Notes: generated by a model not told the origin, from the sequence alone. A stretch of 64,000 bases of DNA from an uncultured bacterium (GCA_949293175.1 CASFCI010000005.1:69005-133004), one strand, 5' to 3'; counted from the first letter of the stretch, positions 22,339 to 33,470 are shown. Translations and numbers: made by a program.

Positions 22339-23820
22339 ATGAAGAGAAGGTCGCTGCTAATCCCATTGTGCCTGCTGCTATGCGGCTGCGGAGAGTCTCT
22401 ATTTTCGCAATCTCCGATCGACCCGTCGTTTGAGATGGTGCAGGGGGATGGGTATTATCGGCCATCCTCTTTCCTACGCATCGACACCGCCTCGGGCGAG
22501 ATAGACGTCTCCTCTAGGCAGAAGGCCGTAGAGCTGTCCTCGACTTCCACCGATAAGAAGTACGCCATCCCCTCGACCGGGAAGGTGCCGTTGCTGGTGA
22601 TCCCGGTTGGATTCGAAGGCTCGGGCGAGGTCGACGTGAAGGCGATAGAAGACGCTTTCTTCGGGGGCGAGGGGTCGACTTCCTATTACTCGGTCGCCGA
22701 ATACTACTACCTATCATCCGGGAAGCGGCTCTCGCTATATGGGTACGTGTGCGATGAGTTCTACCCGTGCCGTTATGATCTAGAGCATCTAAGCGGCCTA
22801 AACGGGGGGACCGCCTGCAAGAACGCCCTCTCCGCCATCTACGAAGACGCGATCGGCTGGGTGCGGGAGAACTACCCCGACTATTACGAGGCCTTGGGCG
22901 AGTTCTACGGCGATGACCCGATCCCGGCCTATTTCCTTTACGACGCCCCCTATTCGGGGATGGGCGGCACAATGGCGGACCGCTCATCGATGCTTTGGGC
23001 CTTCTCGATCAACTCGCCCGCCCCGATAAGCTGGTCCTCGCTATACATGATGGGCGATTCGATAGACCCCCATACCTACATCCACGAGACCGGGCACCTT
23101 CTGGGGCTATCCGACTACTACGACACCGTCGACTCCTCCTTCCTGCATAGCCCCCTGGGCCGGATGGACATGATGGATTGCTCGCTTGGCGACCACAACG
23201 CCTTCTCGAAATTGCTCCTAGGATGGGGGATGCCATTCGTGGCGACGGAAAGCTGCGAGATAACCATCCATCAGGCAGAGCTCAACAACGAGATGATCCT
23301 GCTCTCCCCTTCTTGGAACCTCACCCCATACGACGAGTACGTCCTATTGGAGCTATACACCCCGAGCCTATTGAACGCCGAAGACGCCTATTCGGGCCGA
23401 AGCGATGGGGCGAGGCTGTTCGGCAGGCCTGGCATCAAGGCGTACCGGGTCGACGCGAGGCTTGGGGCATACGAGAACAACAAGCTGCTGGGCGAGGTCG
23501 GCCCCAATATGGCGGTTGACGGCAAGTCAGTGGACTACCTAAACGACAACTCGCTCTCTTCGCCTTACCTGATCCAGCTGCTAGACAAGGAGTCCGGCAG
23601 CGCTACATTGCCAAGCTACTATGTAGCCGGCGATTCTCCAAAGGACTTCGAGGAGGGCGGTAGGGCGATGCATCAGTCCGAATCGCTTTTCTACGAGGGC
23701 GATGGGATCGGTGGATCCGCGTTTTCCGACCTATCCTTCAGCTATGGCGAGTTCCCGATAAGCTTCGAGGTGACGAGCCTCACCTCGACAGCCGCGACCA
23801 TCCGGATCGAGTTCAATTAA
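22339..23820 (+). CDS. Lipoprotein zinc metalloprotease, M6 (InhA)-like
   Basis: MKRRSLLIPLCLLLCGC lipobox at an internal ATG. HETGHLLGLSDYYD matches the HExxHxxGxxD zincin signature. Confidence 0.7.
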   Translation: MKRRSLLIPLCLLLCGCGESLFSQSPIDPSFEMVQGDGYYRPSSFLRIDTASGEIDVSSRQKAVELSSTSTDKKYAIPSTGKVPLLVIPVGFEGSGEVDVKAIEDAFFGGEGSTSYYSVAEYYYLSSGKRLSLYGYVCDEFYPCRYDLEHLSGLNGGTACKNALSAIYEDAIGWVRENYPDYYEALGEFYGDDPIPAYFLYDAPYSGMGGTMADRSSMLWAFSINSPAPISWSSLYMMGDSIDPHTYIHETGHLLGLSDYYDTVDSSFLHSPLGRMDMMDCSLGDHNAFSKLLLGWGMPFVATESCEITIHQAELNNEMILLSPSWNLTPYDEYVLLELYTPSLLNAEDAYSGRSDGARLFGRPGIKAYRVDARLGAYENNKLLGEVGPNMAVDGKSVDYLNDNSLSSPYLIQLLDKESGSATLPSYYVAGDSPKDFEEGGRAMHQSESLFYEGDGIGGSAFSDLSFSYGEFPISFEVTSLTSTAATIRIEFN

Positions 23821-23827
23821 AAAACAA

Positions 23828-23857
23828 TTGACTTGGGGCCCTCCCCTTGACTATACT
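23828..23857 (+). promoter_or_regulatory. Predicted str-operon promoter
   Basis: TTGACT, 18-nt spacer, TATACT. The leader contains hairpins at about 23869-23898 and CCCGGCG/CGCCGGG at about 23901-23921. Confidence 0.45.
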
Positions 23858-23960
23858 TTCGCCCGGACGTGAATAGAGGGCTTTGTGCCCTTCTATTTAC
23901 CCCGGCGGTTGATACGCCGGGAAATGTGTGCTTAGAAAGAACAAGGAGAATCAAGCCAAA

Positions 23961-24380
23961 ATGCCAACAATCAACCAACTAGTTAGGCAAGGTCGCGCCT
24001 CCGTGGTCAAGAAGTCCAAGAGCCCTGCGCTCGGCAAAAGGTGGAACTCGTTGACCAAGAGGGCCTCCAATCAGCCTTCCGCCCAGAAGCGGGGCGTCTG
24101 CACCCGTGTGGGCACCATGACCCCGAAGAAGCCGAACTCGGCTCTTAGGAAGTACGCCCGTGTGCGCCTTTCCAACGGTTACGAAGTCACCGCCTACATC
24201 GGCGGCGAGGGACATAACCTCCAGGAGCACTCGACCGTCATGATCCGCGGCGGCCGCGTCAAGGACCTCCCTGGCGTCCGTTACCACATCATCCGCGGAT
24301 GCCTTGACTGCGCCGGGATCGAAGCCCGCCGCCAGGGCCGCTCCCTCTACGGCACCAAGAAGCCGAAGGAATCTAAGTAA
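23961..24380 (+). CDS. rpsL: 30S ribosomal protein S12
   Basis: [12 protein letters not shown] start after an [18 protein letters not shown] motif. Confidence 0.97.
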   Translation: MPTINQLVRQGRASVVKKSKSPALGKRWNSLTKRASNQPSAQKRGVCTRVGTMTPKKPNSALRKYARVRLSNGYEVTAYIGGEGHNLQEHSTVMIRGGRVKDLPGVRYHIIRGCLDCAGIEARRQGRSLYGTKKPKESK

Positions 24381-24391
24381 GGAGAACAACC

Positions 24392-24862
24392 ATGCCAAGG
24401 AAAGGTTCAGTCGAGAAGCGGGACGTCCTGCCAGACCCCGTTTACAATTCCAAGCTGGTCACCCGCCTCATCAACCGCGTCATGTACGACGGCAAGAGGG
24501 GAACTGCCCAGACCATCATCTACAAGGCCTTCAAGCAGATCGAGGAGAAGACCGGCAAGCCGGCGATCGACGTGTTCGCCACCGCCGTCAACAACATCAT
24601 GCCTGAGGTCGAGCTCAAGGTCCGCCGCATCGGCGCCGCCAACTACCAGGTCCCGGTCGAGGTCAGCCCCGAGAGGAAGCAGACCCTAGGGCTGCGCTGG
24701 CTGGTCACCTATGCCCGCCTCCGTGGCGAGAAGACCATGGAGAACAAGCTGGCCGCCGAGATCATCGACGCCGCCAACGGAACCGGCGCCTCTGTCAAGA
24801 AGAAGGAAGACGTCCACAAGATGGCCGAGGCCAACAAGGCCTATGCCCACTATCGCTGGTAA
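24392..24862 (+). CDS. rpsG: 30S ribosomal protein S7
   Basis: Canonical S7 sequence and synteny. Confidence 0.97.
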   Translation: MPRKGSVEKRDVLPDPVYNSKLVTRLINRVMYDGKRGTAQTIIYKAFKQIEEKTGKPAIDVFATAVNNIMPEVELKVRRIGAANYQVPVEVSPERKQTLGLRWLVTYARLRGEKTMENKLAAEIIDAANGTGASVKKKEDVHKMAEANKAYAHYRW

Positions 24863-24886
24863 TTAGGGGAAAGAGAGGAGTCCTTT

Positions 24887-26983
24887 ATGGCTGAAAACGA
24901 AAACGTCATCGCCGAGACCGCTAACTACGATCTCCCCCATACCCGCAACATCGGCATCATGGCCCACATCGACGCCGGAAAGACCACCACGACCGAGCGC
25001 ATCCTCTACTACACCGGACGCACCCACAAGATCGGCGAGGTCCACGAAGGCACCGCGACGATGGACTGGATGGAAGAGGAGCAGGAGAGGGGCATCACCA
25101 TCACCTCCTCCGCCACCACCTGCTTCTGGAAGGGCAACCGCTTCAACATCATCGACACCCCGGGGCACGTCGACTTCACCGTCGAGGTCGAGCGTTCCCT
25201 CCGCGTCCTTGACGGCGCGGTCACCGTCCTCGACTCCAAAAACGGCGTCGAGCCGCAGACCGAGACCGTCTGGCGCCAGGGCACCAAGTACAATGTCCCG
25301 CGCATAGTCTTCTGCAACAAGATGGACGCCACCGGCGCCGACTTCGACATGTGCGTCGCCTCCCTCCACGAGAGGCTCGCCGCCAACGCCGCCGCCATCC
25401 AGTGCCCGATCGGCAAGGAGAGCAACTTCAAGGGCTGCATCGACGTCATCGAGCGCAAGTCCTACATCTATGGCGACGACAAGAACGACGCCCCGGTCGA
25501 GGGGCCCGTCCCCGAGGAATACAAGGCCAAGGTCGAGGAGTACCGTTCGATCCTCCTCGAGAAGCTGGCCGCCTTCGACGATGACCTCATGATGATGGTC
25601 CTCGAAGGCGAGGATGTCCCGTCCGACCTCATCAAGAAGACCATCCGCAAAGCCGTCTTGACCGGCGAGTTCTTCCCGGTCCTCTGCGGTTCCGCCTACA
25701 AGAACAAGTGCATCCAGCCGCTTCTTGACGCGGTCGTCGAATACCTGCCGTCCCCGCTCGACATCCCGGGCGAGAAGGGCGAGCTCAACGGCGAACCCTA
25801 CGTCTGCGAAGCCACCGACAGCAAACCGTTCGTCGGACTTGCCTTCAAGATCGCCACCGATCCGTTCATCGGCCGCCTTGCCTACGTCCGCGTCTACCAA
25901 GGCGTCCTCAAGTCCGGCTCCTACGTCTACAACTCCAGCCGCGGCAACAAGGAGCGCATCGCCCGCTTGGTGCTAATGCACGCCAACCACCGCCAGGAAG
26001 TGGAGATGCTCCACGCCGGCGAGATCGGCGCCATCGTCGGCTTGAAGTCGACCACCACCGGCGACACCCTCACCGACGAGAGCGAGCCGGTCGTGCTTGA
26101 GAACCTCGTCTTCCCCGAGCCAGTCCTCGAGGAGGCCGTCGAGCCCAAGACCAAAGGCGACCAGGAGAAGATGTCGATCGCCCTCACCAAGCTGGCTGAG
26201 GAAGACCCGACCTTCCGCGTCCACACCGACCCCGATTCCGGACAGACCATCATCGCCGGCGTCGGCGAGCTGCAGCTAGACGTCCTCGTCGAGCGCATGC
26301 GCCGCGAATTCAAGGTCGAGGTCAACGTCGGCGCCCCGCAGGTCAACTACCGCGAGACCATCCGCAAGACCGGTGAGGCCGAAGGCCGCTACATCAAGCA
26401 GACCGGCGGACACGGCCAATACGGCGACGTCTGGGTCCGCTTCGAGCCCAACCCGGGCAAGGGATTCGAGTTCGTCGACGCCATCGTCGGCGGCGCGGTC
26501 CCGAAGGAATTCATCAAGCCGACCCAGCAGGGGCTTGAGGATGCCCTCTCCCGCGGCGTCATCGCCGGCTACCCGATGATCGATGTCAAGGCGACCCTAT
26601 TCGACGGGTCCTACCACGACGTCGACTCCTCCGAAGCCGCCTACAAAGTCGCCGCCTCGATGGCCCTTAAGGCCGCTGCGCCGAAGTGCGATCCGGTCCT
26701 TCTCGAGCCCATCATGAAGGTTGAGATCACCGTCCCCGACCAGTACTACGGCGACGTCATCGGCGACATCGCCCGCCGCCGCGGCAACATGACCGGCGAG
26801 ACCCAGCGCGGCAACGCCAAGCAGATCGACGCCGAGATCCCGCTATCCGAGATGTTCGGCTACGTCACCGACCTTCGCTCCCTCACCCAGGGCCGCGGCA
26901 ACTTCACGATGTCCTTCGACCACTACGGCGAATGCCCGCGCTTCATCCAGGACGCCGTCGTCAAGAAGGCTTCCGGGAAGTAA
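24887..26983 (+). CDS. fusA: Elongation factor G
   Basis: [14 protein letters not shown] and NKMD GTPase motifs. 698 aa. Confidence 0.98.
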   Translation: MAENENVIAETANYDLPHTRNIGIMAHIDAGKTTTTERILYYTGRTHKIGEVHEGTATMDWMEEEQERGITITSSATTCFWKGNRFNIIDTPGHVDFTVEVERSLRVLDGAVTVLDSKNGVEPQTETVWRQGTKYNVPRIVFCNKMDATGADFDMCVASLHERLAANAAAIQCPIGKESNFKGCIDVIERKSYIYGDDKNDAPVEGPVPEEYKAKVEEYRSILLEKLAAFDDDLMMMVLEGEDVPSDLIKKTIRKAVLTGEFFPVLCGSAYKNKCIQPLLDAVVEYLPSPLDIPGEKGELNGEPYVCEATDSKPFVGLAFKIATDPFIGRLAYVRVYQGVLKSGSYVYNSSRGNKERIARLVLMHANHRQEVEMLHAGEIGAIVGLKSTTTGDTLTDESEPVVLENLVFPEPVLEEAVEPKTKGDQEKMSIALTKLAEEDPTFRVHTDPDSGQTIIAGVGELQLDVLVERMRREFKVEVNVGAPQVNYRETIRKTGEAEGRYIKQTGGHGQYGDVWVRFEPNPGKGFEFVDAIVGGAVPKEFIKPTQQGLEDALSRGVIAGYPMIDVKATLFDGSYHDVDSSEAAYKVAASMALKAAAPKCDPVLLEPIMKVEITVPDQYYGDVIGDIARRRGNMTGETQRGNAKQIDAEIPLSEMFGYVTDLRSLTQGRGNFTMSFDHYGECPRFIQDAVVKKASGK

Positions 26984-27000
26984 GCCAATACTAGTAAGTA

Positions 27001-27029
27001 TTGTCAAAGAATTTCGCTTGATTTATCAT
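27001..27029 (+). promoter_or_regulatory. Predicted internal promoter for tuf
   Basis: TTGTCA, 17-nt spacer, TATCAT in the 90-nt fusA-tuf gap. Confidence 0.4.
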
Positions 27030-27073
27030 TATCGAGCCAACGAAATCTGAACCATTTTTGGAGGAAATAGCAA

Positions 27074-28267
<1,194 letters not shown>

Positions 28268-28284
28268 TAGGATTTAGCCAAATT

Positions 28285-28315
28285 AGCCTCTAAGCCTTGC
28301 TTAGGGGCTTTTTTG
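28285..28315 (+). terminator. Rho-independent terminator after tuf
   Basis: Stem AGCCTCTAAG/CTTAGGGGCT followed by TTTTTT. Confidence 0.7.
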
Positions 28316-28343
28316 CTGCCCTTATGGTAGAATCCCGTTTGCC

Positions 28344-29438
28344 ATGAACCCAGATTATTCACATAAGCCCGGATACGGGAAACGCGCGCTTAGCTTCCTA
28401 ATCGATGCCGTAATCTGCATATTGCTGATGGTGGCGGTCTACTTCACCATAGGCGAATACGCCATATCCCGGCCGCTTGGCTACCAATCCAGGATGGATG
28501 AGCTTTCCTCCCTGGTAGACGAGTCTGGCCTCGCCGATGAGGCGGGCATGGCCTATGTCTTCCCCGCCTTTGAGGACGGGGAGCTAGGGGCCTCGAGGTA
28601 TGGGGAGATCGTCTGGGACTACTATTTCAACGTCATACCGTCTTCCTCCTCGCTGCAGTTTTATGGCGAGAACGCCTATGAGGGCGATAAGGCGGACAAG
28701 CAGGCGGTGGGGGAATGGATATACAGGGAAGTGTATGGCTACGACGGGGAGAAGATCGACCCGCGGTTTGCCTTGCCCTCTAGCTTCCTGCAGATGCCTT
28801 CCTACTCGGAGGAATATTTGTCCAAGCTTGGGGGCGACGGCGCTGAGGAGGCCGCCAAGGAGCTGCTTGCCTTCTACTACGATTACGGCGAGGACGGGTA
28901 CTCTGGTGCCTACGTCGATGCTTTCGTCAACTTCCAGGGGCAGGAGGCCTATTCTTCGCTATATTCCTACTGCTCGAAGGTCATCTACTACAAGGGGCTG
29001 CCCTCTTATTTGGGGGCGCCACTGCTCTGCTTCGTTTTGCTGCCGCTTTGCCTAAGGGGGAGAAGCGTTGGCAAGCTCATATTCAGGCTGCAGGTCGTGG
29101 ATGAGGGAGGTGGCAAGGCTAGGTGGTACCAGCTGCTAGGCCATTATGGCTACATCGCCGTCTGCTTCATGCTGATGGGGCTGCCGATCGGCTCCTTCAT
29201 GGGGTTCGTGCTGACCTGCATTGCGCTATTGGTCGACTTCATCGTATTGCTGCTATCGAAGAAGCGGCGTAGCCTCCACGACATGATCGCCCATACCGAG
29301 GTGCTGTCGCTGCAAGAGGAGGAAAAAGGCGAAGATGGCCTCTCCGATGGGCTTTCCTCCAACCTGATGCAAGCCAAGGAAGAGCTCTCGGGGGAGCCAC
29401 CGGAAGAGGGAGAGGTTCCCTTAAGGGAAAAAGATTGA
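28344..29438 (+). CDS. RDD-family membrane protein with a large insert and an acidic C-terminal tail
   Basis: N-terminal KRALSFLIDAVICILLM and C-terminal SLHDMIAHTEV give the R...D...D pattern. Several TM segments. Confidence 0.65.
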   Translation: MNPDYSHKPGYGKRALSFLIDAVICILLMVAVYFTIGEYAISRPLGYQSRMDELSSLVDESGLADEAGMAYVFPAFEDGELGASRYGEIVWDYYFNVIPSSSSLQFYGENAYEGDKADKQAVGEWIYREVYGYDGEKIDPRFALPSSFLQMPSYSEEYLSKLGGDGAEEAAKELLAFYYDYGEDGYSGAYVDAFVNFQGQEAYSSLYSYCSKVIYYKGLPSYLGAPLLCFVLLPLCLRGRSVGKLIFRLQVVDEGGGKARWYQLLGHYGYIAVCFMLMGLPIGSFMGFVLTCIALLVDFIVLLLSKKRRSLHDMIAHTEVLSLQEEEKGEDGLSDGLSSNLMQAKEELSGEPPEEGEVPLREKD

Positions 29439-29504
29439 AAAATGTGTTGTGCCCCGCAAAGTGGGGTAGTACAATACACAAGCGCACCAAATCGGAGCGC
29501 CTTT

Positions 29505-29580
<76 letters not shown>

Positions 29581-29591
29581 TGTTCGAAGAA

Positions 29592-29627
29592 AACCTATAA
29601 TGCTTCGGCGTTATAGGTTATTTTTTT
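29592..29627 (+). terminator. Rho-independent terminator after tRNA-Lys
   Basis: Stem AACCTATAA/TTATAGGTT followed by A + TTTTTTT. Confidence 0.75.
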
Positions 29628-31330
29628 ACAAAATCACTTATTTGCGCTATTCGTGCCGTTAGCAAAAATTTTGCCATCCTAAAATTAGGCTTTATCGGAA
29701 ATTATGGTACGGGCTTGATCGGGATAATGGAGGCATATTCCGAGGAGAAATTACAACCTGCATTTAAGATCATCGATAGGTCCTTCTTTGGGCCCTTCCT
29801 AAACTTACCTATAACGTAAATGAGGCAAGGAAAACCGATGTCGGAGGAATGTCAGATTACTGTTTCAACCCTTAAATACATTCGTCGGGAAAAATGCCGT
29901 TGAACTTAAATATTCATCCTGAAAAGCGCTAAATAACTCTGATATTCGTAGGAAAAAGCGCCATAGCGTATTGCTTAATTTTAAGAAAGAGGTAAAATAT
30001 CATTGAAATAAATGAAATATGCTGAAAAGGGAAATAGAAAACAGTCTCAATGAATGGAAAGCCAATCCTGACAAAAAGTGCCTAATCATTAGCGGCGCTA
30101 GGCAGGTTGGGAAAACTTTTATTGTCGAAAAATTCGCGAAAGAGAATTATGAATGTTTTATTGAAATAAACTTCGTGGAAAACCCTACCGCGAAAAGAAT
30201 ATTCGATGGGGATTTGGATATTGCAACCATTCTTTCCAATATTTCATTGTACTTGCCGGAAAAGCCGCGGCCGATTCCCAATAAAACCTTAATCTTTCTA
30301 GATGAAATACAAGCATGTCCGAACGCGAGGACCGCTTTAAAGTTTTTTGCATTAGACAAAAGATTCGATGTCGTTGGATCCGGCTCTCTTCTAGGGCTGA
30401 ATTACGAAGAAGTGTCATCCTATCCGACTGGGTATGTCGATTTTCTAGAAATGTACCCCCTTTCATTCAAAGAGTTTCTTATTGCCAATGGCGTTGACGA
30501 AAACGTATTTGCAACTTTAAAAAGATGTTTTGACAATAAAGAGCCGGTAAATGACGCGACAAACTCAAAATTACTCGACTATTTTAAACGGTATATCGTT
30601 GTCGGCGGTATGCCTAATGTCGTCAATGCGTTTATCAAAAACCATGATTTCAACGAGGTTTTGAAACTGCAAAGCTATATTTTAATAGACTATAAAAACG
30701 ATATAGCAAAGTACGCGGCTTCCAGCGAAAAAGTCAAGGCAAAAGCCTGTTTCGAAAGCATTCCAGGCCAGCTTGCGAAAGAGAACAAAAAATTTATCTA
30801 TAAATCTTTTGATAAGAATGGCAAAAGCCAAAAGTATTCAGGCAGCATCAATTGGCTTATTGATGCCGGCATTGTGAACATTTGCAATAACGTGAAGGCT
30901 TTTGATCTGCCTTTGATTGCGTATAAAGAAGAAAATAATTTTAAGCTTTATATGGCGGATACCGGCCTTCTTGTCTCTATGTTAGATGAGGGGACGAATG
31001 TTCAGATAATGGAAGGCAATCTTGGCGTTTACAAAGGCGCGGTATTTGAGAATGTCATTGCCCAAATACTGCACACCAATGGACATAAGCTTTACTTCTA
31101 TAACCGAAACAACTCATTGGAAATAGATTTTCTGCTGTCAAAAAAAGGAAAATTGATCCCAATAGAAGTGAAGGCTAACAATAACAAGGCAAAATCTTTG
31201 GCTACGATATTGAAAGAACATCCTGATATTCAAGGCATTAAACTTATTTCCGGCAACGTTGGAACGATTCGCAATACGCTGACATTACCATTATATATGG
31301 CTATGTTTTTGTAACTCGAACGCCGTTTAT
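29628..31330. other. AT-rich islet downstream of tRNA-Lys, putatively horizontally acquired. No recombinase gene.
   Basis: Base composition is visibly AT-rich compared with the GC-rich flanks (by eye, not computed). It starts at the tRNA terminator and contains one gene. Confidence 0.5.
30019..31314 (+). CDS. AAA ATPase of the AAA_14 + DUF4143 family (COG1373-like)
   Basis: Walker A GARQVGKT and Walker B-like LIFLDEIQ. The C-terminal EIDFLL...IPIEVK resembles a PD-(D/E)xK nuclease-fold motif. Confidence 0.7.
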   Translation: MLKREIENSLNEWKANPDKKCLIISGARQVGKTFIVEKFAKENYECFIEINFVENPTAKRIFDGDLDIATILSNISLYLPEKPRPIPNKTLIFLDEIQACPNARTALKFFALDKRFDVVGSGSLLGLNYEEVSSYPTGYVDFLEMYPLSFKEFLIANGVDENVFATLKRCFDNKEPVNDATNSKLLDYFKRYIVVGGMPNVVNAFIKNHDFNEVLKLQSYILIDYKNDIAKYAASSEKVKAKACFESIPGQLAKENKKFIYKSFDKNGKSQKYSGSINWLIDAGIVNICNNVKAFDLPLIAYKEENNFKLYMADTGLLVSMLDEGTNVQIMEGNLGVYKGAVFENVIAQILHTNGHKLYFYNRNNSLEIDFLLSKKGKLIPIEVKANNNKAKSLATILKEHPDIQGIKLISGNVGTIRNTLTLPLYMAMFL

Positions 31331-31333
31331 TTG

Positions 31334-31756
31334 CTAGCCTCTTTTCTTTAGAAGCAGGAACGTGGCTAGCCCGGCGACCTCGAATAGCAAGGCGGCCATC
31401 ACGACTATCAAAACCACCATCATGTCCGCATTGGCGCGCTCAAGCGAAGAGGACAGCAGCATGCCGATCGTGAGCGAGGCCGCGTTGCCCATCACCCCGG
31501 CGAATATCCCCTCGGCCGATCTGCCGTCTAGCAGGAATAGGGCCGATGGCTCGATTATGAAGACCAATAGCTCCGCCAATAGGAGAAAGGTGCCAGAATA
31601 GTGGAACGCATAGGAGTATAGAAGGTTCATCGTGACGTTGGTGAAGACGTTCAATAGCGCCCATCCTATGAGCTCGGAGGCGCTTTTTCTTTTTAAAAGC
31701 AGGAAAAACGGCAGCTCCAGCAGCTGCGTCAACGACAACCCGAGCAATATTCCCAT
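31334..31756 (-). CDS. Hypothetical small multi-pass membrane protein
   Basis: Hydrophobic ORF. ATG (MGILLG...) is preferred over the TTG at 31771. Confidence 0.45.
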   Translation of the reverse strand: MGILLGLSLTQLLELPFFLLLKRKSASELIGWALLNVFTNVTMNLLYSYAFHYSGTFLLLAELLVFIIEPSALFLLDGRSAEGIFAGVMGNAASLTIGMLLSSSLERANADMMVVLIVVMAALLFEVAGLATFLLLKKRG

Positions 31757-31814
31757 CCCGTTTCCCTGCAAATCCTACGTCTTATATAATAGGACGTGAA
31801 TTGAGGGGGCTCAT

Positions 31815-32471
31815 ATGAGAAGAAGAAAGAAAATGCTGGCGGTCATGCTGATATCGCTGCTGTTTTTGCGCGGGAATGCCCCGATGCCGGGGCCATATTT
31901 CTTTTCATCCGACGATTTCGAACTGTCCCCGGACGGCACGCAGATAAAGAACAACTCCGCCGAGCCGCTGCTATATTTCGACCCAAGCCCCTACCAGGAT
32001 TGCTCTGGCATGCTCATCGCGCCTTCTCAGCAGGTCGAGGCGCCGAAGAATTTCGTTCGCGGGTCGCGCTTATACATCTATGACGAGGAATGCATCTACA
32101 TCGGCGAAAGCATCGACGTCAGCTATGATGAAGACGGCACGTTCCGCTTCGAGTTCCAAAACCCGGAGGAAGGCAAATACCTCTTCTCGCTCGGCCTTGC
32201 CTACGTCGATGAGCAGGGGGTTACGAGGTTCGCTCTTATCCATGAATACGTCGACCCGGGGAAGAAAGAGGCGGTGACGGCGAAATTGCCATTGCCAGCG
32301 AATCAGGAATATATGCCGGTCGCTTTGTTCAACAACGACTACTACAACTCGCGCTACCCTGGCGATCCCCATGGCCCTTTGGCGATCGCCGTTTACGCAG
32401 TGGGGGGATTTCTCGCCGCCTCGCTTGTCGCGGGGACCATCGTCTTGATAATCAAGCGGAAGCGCCGTTAA
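31815..32471 (+). CDS. Hypothetical secreted protein with a C-terminal membrane anchor
   Basis: Signal-like MRRRKKMLAVMLISLLFL, a C-terminal TM, and a KRKRR stop-transfer. TATAAT plus SD upstream. Confidence 0.5.
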   Translation: MRRRKKMLAVMLISLLFLRGNAPMPGPYFFSSDDFELSPDGTQIKNNSAEPLLYFDPSPYQDCSGMLIAPSQQVEAPKNFVRGSRLYIYDEECIYIGESIDVSYDEDGTFRFEFQNPEEGKYLFSLGLAYVDEQGVTRFALIHEYVDPGKKEAVTAKLPLPANQEYMPVALFNNDYYNSRYPGDPHGPLAIAVYAVGGFLAASLVAGTIVLIIKRKRR

Positions 32472-32898
32472 GGGCGTCGTCTTCCTCGCCTTTTAGCCGG
32501 TATACGGCGTAGATGGCGATCAAGGCGATATCCAATATGGAGCTAACGATGGCTAGCGAGCACACCAATGCGCCGTTGCTCGGCTGGCCGAGCAAAAAGA
32601 CCAGCACGATGTAGGCCGCTAGAGGCGAGATCAAAGAAAGCAGGGCGGCGACCGCCGACCTCTGCCACAATGAATAGATGAGGATATCGGCTATCCAGAC
32701 GATGGCGACGACTATCCCGTTGACGAATAAGCCCGCCCAGGAGCCAATTACGTAGAAGTAGGCCATCACGAACCCCGCCGCCCCGTTTAGGCAGGCGAGC
32801 AGGAAATACCCTATCGGCGAAAACCGCGACCCCTTGATGAAGAACAGCGGGATGGTCACTAGTAGCGACACCGCCATCCCGAAGAAGCAGAAAGCCAT
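32452..32898 (-). CDS. Hypothetical multi-pass membrane protein
   Basis: Start MAFCFFGM at 32898 is preceded by AGGAGG. The longer 33009 start would overlap the divergent gene. Confidence 0.5.
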   Translation of the reverse strand: MAFCFFGMAVSLLVTIPLFFIKGSRFSPIGYFLLACLNGAAGFVMAYFYVIGSWAGLFVNGIVVAIVWIADILIYSLWQRSAVAALLSLISPLAAYIVLVFLLGQPSNGALVCSLAIVSSILDIALIAIYAVYRLKGEEDDALNGASA

Positions 32899-32985
32899 AC
32901 GCACCCCTCCTATTTGCCTAAATTCTATATTTAAATGGGGCATTTGTTCAATCGACGCCGCGGCGAATGTATAATTTAGAAAAAG

Positions 32986-33447
32986 ATGGGCAAACCGGTC
33001 AAAACGCACATAAAGCGCATCGAAGTGGCGCTCAACAAGAGCAAGAAGAAGTTCGTCTCGCTTGCCGACCTGTCGAAGATGGTCGGGGTCTATCAGGACG
33101 CCCTGGGGGAGGAGCTTTCCTATTTCTGCCCCCTCATCCGGATCGACTATTCGATAAACTGCCGCGACCTATTGCCCGATCTAAAGAAATTCCTGCTGGA
33201 GAAGCAAGAGCCGGCGAAGAAGAAGCGCGAGTACCACCGCAAGGACGCGGTCCGGGCCGAGGAGCTGCAGCAATACAGCTCCACCATGGACTACATCTAC
33301 AAGCGCCTCACCTCGGTGTCGGGGCTCATCGACCCCTCGACCGCGCTCTCCGACCACGACCTGAGGCTATTGGCCAAGCTCATCGTCAAGGACCGGAAGA
33401 AGCTGCGGGCCAAGAAGAAGGCCAAGGAGAAGCAGGCCGCTAAGTAA
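32986..33447 (+). CDS. Small basic protein with a possible Rex-N-like winged-helix at the N terminus
   Basis: FVSLADLSKMVGVYQDALGEELSYF resembles the Rex N-terminal DNA-binding domain, from memory. Lys-rich tail. Confidence 0.35.
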   Translation: MGKPVKTHIKRIEVALNKSKKKFVSLADLSKMVGVYQDALGEELSYFCPLIRIDYSINCRDLLPDLKKFLLEKQEPAKKKREYHRKDAVRAEELQQYSSTMDYIYKRLTSVSGLIDPSTALSDHDLRLLAKLIVKDRKKLRAKKKAKEKQAAK

Positions 33448-33470
33448 AAAAGTTAATCTAATTTAATAAG

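Noticed and set aside
24863-25900. 345-aa minus-strand ORF.
   Set aside because: Antisense to fusA. Same GC-driven artefact.
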